From NCBI RefSeq assembly GCF_001194135.2, contig NC_069002.1:2595668-2659667 (forward strand): 64,000 nt of DNA. Reading direction: 5' to 3'. The position numbers were made by a program, and so were the translations under genes. Below the pieces are notes generated by a model. That model worked only from the letters and a program-made list of their open reading frames with translations, was not told the DNA's origin and did no database searches. Of the stretch, positions 54,188 to 64,000 are shown one piece after another (position 1 is the stretch's first letter; every line of letters begins with the position of its first letter). Origin of the DNA: Octopus bimaculoides. Its lineage: Eukaryota.

Positions 54188-54364
54188 CATCGCTTGACAA
54201 CCGATGTTGGTGTGTTTACGTCCCCGTACACTAGCGGTTCGGCAAAAGCGAACGATAAATTAAGTACTAGGCTTACAAAGAATAAGTCCAGGGGTCAATT
54301 TCTTCGACTACAAGCGATGCTCCAGTATGACTGCACTCCAGTGACTGAAACAAGTAAAAGAATA
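54188..54364 (+). mobile_element. SINE 3' half (probably family B)
   Basis: catcgcttgacaaccgatg...tagcggttcggcaaaag...aagtcc.ggggtcaattt...gactgaaacaagtaaaag. The same tail occurs at 35105, 47975 and, inverted, at 11890. Confidence 0.75.
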
Positions 54365-55262
54365 TACATACATATATACATATATATATAACACAATAAC
54401 GGTACCTATGTCCACGTATGTATATACGTATCCGTGTTTCTGATTGCACTATTAATCTTCGTATCTTTTACATACGTATATGTATATACATGCATTTATA
54501 AGCTGCATTGAGATAAATTTCATTGTGTCTTCATTTGTGTTCACTCTGGAATCCATATATTTACGTTAAATATACGCATGCATAGAAATTCATTTCTCCT
54601 GAGAGTTTAACGAATACACTGCGTTTGTTGCTCATTCACACCCCATTATGTTGTATGTATGTACTTATGAATGTTTTTTTCGTGTTTATACACGGATGCA
54701 ATGCATACGCATTTCCTCAATCATACATGTATGCCTACATTTTTTTCTTTCCATTTCTTGTTCTTCATTTCGTATGGTAGAATTTTCAATGCTTTTATGC
54801 GTATTTAATTATTCTCGTACTGTATCGCTGAAAGCCATTGTGTCAGCAGAGGAATGAGGTTATTAATCTATGTTAATTGTATTTATGCATGTCTAAAAAA
54901 AGGTGCCGTATATTAACTGTTTCATTAGGTGTGAACCATAATGTAAATTCATTTTTATTTTATAAATGTCTCAGGTCTTGGTTATTTAGTATAGCATTAG
55001 ATAAGTGAATAACTTGATACTTGCTAATTTATGTTTTTATTGGTTGAACGTACGTTTCCCTTTATTGGTGAGTATTTATGGCTCTTCCTTCTCTGTCTGT
55101 CTTTCATCTCTATCTTTCCATTGCTTCTCTTTCATCTCCCTCTTTTCTTCTCTTTAAAATGGCCAGTATCTATCCTTATCTATCTACTTCTCTCCCCCAC
55201 TTCTCTCCAAGTACATACCACATGTCTATACATATGGGTGTGTATATATATATATATATATA

Positions 55263-55700
55263 TGTTGCAACTGTGAAATCAGTGCCTTTTTATGGCAGTG
55301 AAAGATGGACGCTGACAAAGAAACTATCAAACAGGCTAAATGGGTGCTCCTCAAGGATGCTGCGAATGGTCACTAAATGTGGAATGACAGCGATATATGA
55401 CAAATGAATGCTTTTATGGAAACCTGCCAAAAATTAGCGAGAATATTAGGCAAAGACGGTTGCGAGTATCTGGTGAAAGAGTGCGCCACCTGAACTGGAG
55501 GCATCAGAATTAATCTTGTGGAATTCACTTGATGGTGATGTAAGCAGAAGCGTACCTCGTCACGCTTACATCGATAACCTGGTCGCAGACACTTTCCTGG
55601 AATGTGTCTCGGACCGCGAAACAGTGATGATGGACCAAGAATTTTGGTGCGTCCACCAGTCATACTGATGCAACTCGGGTTGGAACCTGACCATGATAAT
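55263..55700 (+). mobile_element. RTE-clade LINE 3' end
   Basis: VATVKSVPFYGSERWTLTKKLSNRLNGCSSRMLRM, then across frameshifts FYGNLPKISENIRQRRLRVSG...RH...ASELILW...YIDNL...TVMMDQEFW; typical RTE ORF2 C-terminus. Confidence 0.85.
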
Positions 55701-55846
55701 CGTAATAGTTACAGCTTTGTTATGATCTTATTGAGCTCTCACGTTTTCTGCACAGCGGAAAGACATCGTCATGATTTTTTTTGCAAAAATATCATCTATT
55801 GATAATACATACATTCTTACATAAAATGATATAGCGAGAGAGAGGG

Positions 55847-55885
<39 letters not shown>

Positions 55886-55905
55886 NNNNNNNNNNGAGAG
55901 AAAGA

Positions 55906-55937
<32 letters not shown>

Positions 55938-56437
55938 AAGAGAATTTTCGAATAGGAAGAGAGATAGAGGAAACAAAATCACTTCAAATATTGTTAGGTA
56001 AGACACATAGATAATGATAGAATCTCGAAGTTGTGATTTACATGAACCAGCCATCTAGCCTGCCAGACAATTAAATAGAAAACAGAATAATTGTTATTCA
56101 TATAGACGGAGGTTGTTGTAAGGAAAATAACGGCATCAAAGAAAATATTCTCCACATTTCAGAATTCACCAGAGATAATATTATGAAACTGATCTACGTT
56201 GTTTGTCTGTGAAAATTCAATGCTATGAGGCTTTGGTTGTTTTGATGCCATTGAAATAAATGGATCTGCGACACAACTCAAACCAATACACCTCCTCCCA
56301 TATACTCATAGAAAATATATTTGAATTGCTGTACCTATTTGTTTATGTATATTTATGTATATTTAGGCGTATGTTTGGGTTCATATCAAGATCTGGTGTA
56401 AATATTATTATATATATTTACGTGTATATACATATAC

Positions 56438-56472
<35 letters not shown>

Positions 56473-58509
56473 NNNNNNNNNNNNNNNNNNNNNNNNNNNN
56501 NNNNNNNNNNNNNNNNNNNNNNNNNNNNNNNNNNNNNNNNNNNNNNNNNNNNNNNNNNNNNNNNNNNNNNNNNNNNNNNNNNNNNNNNNNNNNNNNNNNN
56601 NNNNNNNNNNNTATATATATATATATATATACATATATATATGCATATATATGTATATATATTTATATATACATATATAAATTATATATAAATTTATGCA
56701 CACATAGACCCACACAGGCACACGCACGAACATATAACTCCCTCACACACACACATATATACGTATATGTATACGTATATATAAATATATATAGACAGAT
56801 ATAGTTATATATACATATATGTGTGTGTGTGTGTATGTGTGTGTACAACCATAATTTTATCATTTTTGTAAGCGCAGTTATATATAGGTATATATATATA
56901 TAGGTATACGTGTGTTTGTGTGTATCCTTGTGCTTATGTATATATAACATACATATATACATGCTTAAATATGCGTCTGTGTGGATGAGAGTATATGTGT
57001 ATCTATAGAAATACATATGCACACAAATATATTTTGGCGATTTCGTAGGAATGGTTCTCTTATTTTCCTTTGATATAACATATCTAATCACCTCGTCATC
57101 TACAATGGTAGTTTCCTCTGCTTTTGTACTCTTTCTGTTGATGAAATTTAATTTACGCTGCTTCATTTAATTTTACACCATCCATGATATAGAAACTAAT
57201 AGAAAACATTCAATTGGAATTTTGTAAACCTTCGTCTCAAGTGAATGTATATGTTAGTTGTATCTAATTTTAAACGAGTTCACAGAACAACAAGGCCTGT
57301 ATAATTCTCCTCCCAAGGGTTATACTTAATGAATAAATATATGGCAACGGAAGGGAAGTCACCTTTTCACTTGTTTTATTGGAGAAAATGTCACTTTAAC
57401 CTTAGCCATGTCCTACGGAAGGGTTTCCATTATTTTGCACAACCGGTTGCTGTTATAGGGAAAATGTTAGACACTGGTTGCGTGCCTTTTCAGCAATCAT
57501 TTCAATATTGCTTTAAATAACTTTGGATCACGATTTGTGGATATCATTAACATTGATATCCCGATTGGACATTTGATCCGTTTTGTTATTCATGAGGATT
57601 GCATGACGAATCCAAACTTGAAAACCATCTCGGTGCCGGATGATTCTGAAGCCAAAATGCCAAAGAAAAAGGTCATAAAGCCATGTGGATAAATATGAGT
57701 ATTTTTCTCAGATATCCGAATTTGTGGTCAAATGGCGAAATAATTATCCCATTATTTCGCACTTCGTATAGCGCATTGAAAGGTAGCAATTCTATATATG
57801 ATTAGATCAGAAAACTGCTTCTACTATTCTAAAAAAATCTCTTTACATCTCGGATTAAAAATATTTTCTTGGTTTGATGTAGCGTTCACTGATTGTTATT
57901 CTTTCGCCATTTTCTAAACCGTGCGTATATCATCAACAAATATATGGACGTCATTAGAAAAGAAATGAGTCCTGATTATCGTCTCTTCGATTGAACTTTC
58001 ACTACCAAAATCTTTAATAAACATTAATGGAATAATTAAGTAATGATTGTTTAACTTTGATAAATGTTATTTACCCCGCTTATTTCCAAAATTATCATGG
58101 GTTTGGTGGGCGTTCCAAGTTTTCATTGTTTAAAACGATACATTAACATATACATCACACACAGATATATATGTATATGTATATATTTGCATATGCATAT
58201 ATATATGTGTATATATATGCATGTATCTATGTATATATATATATATAAATAGATAGCTATATGACTAGTAGAGATTTATGTGTGATTGTGCGGGAGTGGA
58301 TATGTGCATACGTGTGTTTGTGCGATACTATGCGTTTGGTTTCGCTGTTTATATTTAGATGTCACGCATATATACATATAACCAAAGATAAAATATGTCC
58401 CCCGGTAATATTTCCCACTCAAGTGCTGTTCACAACATGAAACAATTATGGAAATCATGGTGCATAATGTGTGTGTATAAAATGTAAATAACTACACATA
58501 TACATGTAC

Positions 58510-58547
<38 letters not shown>

Positions 58548-59413
58548 NNNNNNNNNNNNNNNNNNNNNNNNNNNNNNNNNNNNNNNNNNNNNNNNNNNNN
58601 NNNNNNNNNNNNNNNNNNNNNNNNNNNNNNNNNNNNNNNNNNNNNNNNNNNNNNNNNNNNNNNNNNNNNNNNNNNNNNNNNNNNNNNNNNNNNNNNNNNN
58701 NNNNNNNNNNNNNNNNNNNNNNNNNNNNNNNNNNNNNNNNNNNNNNNNNNNNNNNNNNNNNNNNNNNNNNNNNNNNNNNNNNNNNNNNNNNNNNNNNNNN
58801 NNNNNNNNNNNNNNNNNNNNNNNNNNNNNNNNNNNNNNNNNNNNNNNNNNNNNNNNNNNATATATACGTACGTACATTCCTACAATCTCTTTATCTCTGC
58901 AGATTTAGCTTCTTTCACGCTGTGGCGCTTTTGTTTCTCGGTTGTTTAAATTGTTATTATCTGGTTTTCACACTACAAATCATGCACAAATATAAACAGA
59001 ATTTCTGCATCTCCACTTGTCCTCACTTCTCGTCACTTATAACAAAGCTGTATATTAGCAGCAATTTACCATAAAATTGTGCTTCCGGTTGAAGCATTTC
59101 ACTTAAAGTGTCCATCGTAATCTTCTGAATAAAAAGTTTCATGTTCTAAACTCGCAATACATTTTCCCCATTCTCGAAATGTAGAAACACTAAAACCTCA
59201 TTTTCAGTAACCTTATTTCGTAACATAGTTTAATGTTTTTTGGGGGCTTTTTTACCCCTTTTAAATTATCAATAAATAAGCATAGCGATTGTCATGGTTA
59301 GATTGTCGTCTTTTAATCAAGCAATTAAATTAGGTTATGTAGTTACGAAAATGGCTGAAATGATATCTTTTCACATCCAATGTTGTCTTGACGCTGCTGT
59401 TGATGCTGACGTT

Positions 59414-59450
<37 letters not shown>

Positions 59451-59964
59451 GATCGTTATCATCATCATCATCAGTAGTAGTAGTAGTAGTAGTAGTAATA
59501 TATACCCTTCTCATTTTACCTTTTTTGATCTCTATTTGTCTCTCATGACGGAATATCCCATACTCGGGGAAATCCCAGAAACAGCTGTAAGATATTGAAT
59601 TTCTTCCTATAATGATATTGTTTACGACTTGAGAAGTTTACCTTGCCTTAATATGCAATGGCTCCATAACTACCGTCTCGGCTATTACCTTGGAGTCCTA
59701 GTAATCCGTTACAGCACTTACCTAGCGTACCTAGATCACCTGTGAGCTGTATATATATATATATATATATATATATNNNNNNNNNNNNNNNNNNNNNNNN
59801 NNNNNNNNNNNNNNNNNNNNNNNNNNNNNNNNNNNNNNNNNNNNNNNNNNNNNNNNNNNNNNNNNNNNNNNNNNNNNNNNNNNNNNNNNNNNNNNNNNNN
59901 NNNNNNNNNNNNNNNNNNNNNNNNNNNNNNNNNNNNNNNNNNNNNNNNNNNNNNNNNNNNNNNN

Positions 59965-59997
<33 letters not shown>

Positions 59998-60919
59998 TAC
60001 ACAAACACCTACATATACATGTGTGCGTGTGCGCGTGTGCAGAAAAAGAGAGAGACGGAAAGAGAGAGTGCTGGGGCAATTCTTTGAAATATCTCATATT
60101 TTTGGGCTTCTATTGCATGTGTGTTAATTTATTTGTAATTTAACACCACGTTGTTTGTCGGGCTTTCAACACCCCTTGAATTTAAGCCAAATATTTCTCT
60201 AGAACGAAACGCAATTTACTTTCAGAAAAAGCAACAAAATATCAGTTGTGATTGATGTTAATTCCTCTTGTCCTTTTCCTCCTCTGCTCAAATCAAAAAT
60301 ATTTGGAATGGAAATAACACTTTAATTTTTCTTTGACTATTGCACTGCGACTCCTAGATTTATTTGATTAATTCCTTAAACAGATCCCATGCTTGATTTA
60401 CGCTTTGGTTTTATTGTCCGTTTTGGTTTCGGATATATTCTGGCATACTGGCAGAATATATTGATTTCAATGCGTGCTAGTACAGTCTCTGATATGAATA
60501 TATCGGTGATTTTTTTTTATTTATATAATAAGAGGATTGCGCAATACACGCCATAACACAGTACCACTTCAATACAGAGCAAAAGAAAAAGGTCGGCCTA
60601 AACTTACATTTATAATAGCGCTTCAGTTCTTTCAGATCTTTAAGTATTTGCTGCCAACACCTCGCATTTTTCTGCACTCAGTAATGTAAAATAATGTTAC
60701 ACAAAATAATAAGTATAAAAGTCATCATGTTATATATTGCTTTTGTATGTTCGTATAAATTTTATTGAAATATATTCAGAACATAATTCCATGATTGAAA
60801 GTTCTAGAATAGGTTCTACGCCCAGTATGCATTGTCCGATGTAGGAATAGTCATATTAACGTTGTCTGACAAAGGGTCATGTCCCAGTACACTTTGAGCG
60901 GTAGTTTTCAAGTTGATCA

Positions 60920-60987
<68 letters not shown>

Positions 60988-61000
60988 NNNNNNNNNNNNN

Positions 61001-61045
<45 letters not shown>

Positions 61046-61577
61046 TACATGAGTCTGCCTGTCTCTTTGTGTATGATGATATGACGAGTGATAAGAAGAG
61101 AAATGGAAACAATATAGTGATTTTGATTATGAATGTGATCAATATGGTTGTCGAATTATTCTTCATGATTGTAAGCATTTCACTTACTGAGACAGGGTCT
61201 CTTATACATAATATATTGATTTGAAAAACCATTATTCAAATCAGATTATCCAAGGAAGCAGTAGAAAAAATACCCCACTTGATAGGTTTTAAATATAAAA
61301 TCGTTATTCGAAGTGTTTCTTGCTTTAACTAACATTATTCCCTGTTGTTTTTTTTCCTGTTTCCATTATATTAACCCGAAATACAATTGCATTGATGCAC
61401 CTATTTTCCATTATATTTCTTGTATATTTACCATCTCATTCTAAACCAACTTGTAAGTTATTCATACCTTCAACATTTCGTACATATTCTCTAATTTACT
61501 AAATTACATTTTATTCATTTAATAATTCCTGAAAATTTTAAAACGAAAACGTCAATTTTTGATTGGTGATTAATACC

Positions 61578-61657
61578 TATTATTATTATTATTATTATCA
61601 TTATTATTATTATTATTATTATTATCATCATCATTATTACTGTTACTGCTGCTGTTG

Positions 61658-61728
<71 letters not shown>
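61578..61728. repeat. Compound trinucleotide array TAT/CAT/TAC/GCT/TAC/GAC
   Basis: Direct reading. Confidence 0.95.
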
Positions 61729-61729
<1 letters not shown>

Positions 61730-61954
61730 AGGGTATGAAACTGAATGTCACTTCTGTCGTGCGATCAGTGTTTGTTTCTGCTCTAAAAAGCAACCCTACT
61801 CAGCCAGCTGCAGGATCAAGGAGGCGATCCCGTGTCGTAATGTGATATCCTGCATGATATCCCATGCGCTTTTTTGTAGCCGAGTGTCAGAGTTTTATGA
61901 GTTATCTGAGATGCTGGCGGTGATGGGGAAACCAACTGAATTTCAGAGTTATAC

Positions 61955-62013
<59 letters not shown>

Positions 62014-62190
62014 CCTACCTATCTACCTATCTGTCGGTCTATATGTTTATTTACCTAGCTAGTTAGCTGTCTATGTCTGTCTGTCTATTTCTCTATCGAT
62101 CTATCTGTCTAACTCTCTGCTGTCTATCTTTCTATCTATCTATCTATCCATCTATCTGTCTGTCTATCTATTTATTTATTTTTCCGTCTA

Positions 62191-62281
<91 letters not shown>

Positions 62282-62330
62282 CTCTCTATCTATCTATCTA
62301 TCTATATATCTCTATATATACCTATCTAGC
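61955..62330. repeat. (TCTA)n / (CT)n low-complexity block
   Basis: Direct reading. Confidence 0.95.
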
Positions 62331-63811
62331 CAGATAGCTAAATATATATGTGTGGGTGTGTGTGTTTGTGTTTGTGTGCATGTATTTATACACACACACA
62401 TCTCAATATTTGTGTTAATATTTGTTTTTATATTCAGTTATAATAAAAACAATTTTATATTAATCTGATGCATTATTCAATACTTATGCAGAGTAAAGAT
62501 TTATTATTCTTAAACAAGAATATTATAGACAGCAACTTAGAAAGGATAATACAATATATATATATATATATANNNNNNNNNNNNNNNNNNNNNNNNNNNN
62601 NNNNNNNNNNNNNNNNNNNNNNNNNNNNNNNNNNNNNNNNNNNNNNNNNNNNNNNNNNNNNNNNNNNNNNNNNNNNNNNNNNNNNNNNNNNNNNNNNNNN
62701 NNNNNNNNNNNNNNNNNNNNNNNNNNNNNNNNNNNNNNNNNNNNNNNNNNNNNNNNNNNNNNNNNNNNNNNNNNNNNNNNNNNNNNNNNNNNNNNNNNNN
62801 NNNNNNNNNNNNNNNNNNNNNNNNNNNNNNNNNNNNNNNNNNNNNNNNNNNNNNNNNNNNNNNNNNNNNNNNNNNNNNNNNNNNNNNNNNNNNNNNNNNN
62901 NNNNNNNNNNNNNNNNNNNNNNNNNNNNNNNNNNNNNNNNNNNNNNNNNNNNNNNNNNNNNNNNNNNNNNNNNNNNNNNNNNNNNNNNNNNNNNNNNNNN
63001 NNNNNNNNNNNNNNNNNNNNNNNNNNNNNNNNNNNNNNNNNNNNNNNNNNNNNNNNNNNNNNNNNNNNNNNNNNNNNNNNNNNNNNNNNNNNNNNNNNNN
63101 NNNNNNNNNNNNNNNNNNNNNNNNNNNNNNNNNNNNNNNNNNNNNNNNNNNNNNNNNNNNNNNNNNNNNNNNNNNNNNNNNNNNNNNNNNNNNNNNNNNN
63201 NNNNNNNNNNNNNNNNNNNNNNNNNNNNNNNNNNNNNNNNNNNNNNNNNNNNNNNNNNNNNNNNNNNNNNNNNNNNNNNNNNNNNNNNNNNNNNNNNNNN
63301 NNNNNNNNNNNNNNNNNNNNNNNNNNNNNNNNNNNNNNNNNNNNNNNNNNNNNNNNNNNNNNNNNNNNNNNNNNNNNNNNNNNNNNNNNNNNNNNNNNNN
63401 NNNNNNNNNNNNNNNNNNNNNNNNNNNNNNNNNNNNNATATACACATACAAATTCAGACAGTCAGTCAGTCACACACACATACGTACACATATATCTGGG
63501 AATCTCAGTTTTAGCTTCATGTAGACTTTGTTATCTACACATATTTATTTGATTCTAATAGATGATACGTTATATTGATAATTGCTTTTAGATTCAACGT
63601 TTATTTGATAACGACATGCACGCATTAATGTATGTGAATGCGTAGATATTCATCTGCGTATATAGGCATACAACAATGTATTTATGTATTTCTCGATATA
63701 TCGTGGTACACACACACATATATATAGCAAGTAGCAGAGACCCGCACGGCATGCACGAAATTTAGACATACATATGAACATATATGTGGTGTATGTGAAC
63801 GTGTATGTGCC

Positions 63812-63855
<44 letters not shown>

Positions 63856-63935
63856 CGTGTGCGTATGCGTAGGCCTGTGCGTGTGTGTAGGTAGTGCTTG
63901 TATAGTGTGTATATATAAGTGCATGCGTATGTATG

Positions 63936-64000
<65 letters not shown>

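Noticed and set aside
57290-57960. Unique, moderately GC-rich segment that looked like decayed coding DNA
   Set aside because: All six frames are interrupted and I could not assign any family; left unannotated pending a database search.
61729-61950. Cys-rich open frame between microsatellites (part of ORF 61563-62066)
   Set aside because: No recognisable domain spacing or splice signals; ORF length is inflated by flanking repeats.

Overview
Eukaryotic, AT-rich, microsatellite-saturated scaffold segment. It has about 26 N-gaps totalling roughly 8 kb by hand count, nearly all flanked by (TA)n, (CA)n or (GA)n tracts. The SINE types, repeat load and gap pattern suggest a coleoid cephalopod (Octopus-like) short-read assembly; this is an inference. 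I found no intact protein-coding gene, rRNA, bona fide tRNA or CRISPR array. Almost every ORF in the supplied track is a microsatellite or N-gap artefact. The only host-gene-derived sequence I can support is a heavily decayed beta-tubulin pseudogene on the + strand (about 19129-21060). It has frameshifts, in-frame stops, loss of the GGGTGS loop, and one apparently retained 1.1-kb GT-AG intron exactly at the SPK|VSD junction. The rest of the identifiable sequence is transposon debris: tRNA-derived SINEs, RTE-like LINE pieces, two kinds of restriction-like-endonuclease LINEs (R4/Dong-like and Hero-like), two mariner remnants, an internally deleted DD37D (maT) element, a hAT remnant, and a TA-flanked pogo/Tigger-type MITE with an expanded 14-bp subterminal repeat. 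There are also several local duplications. All alignments were done by eye against family motifs recalled from general knowledge; no database search was run. I did not find convincing evidence of a novel multi-gene system.
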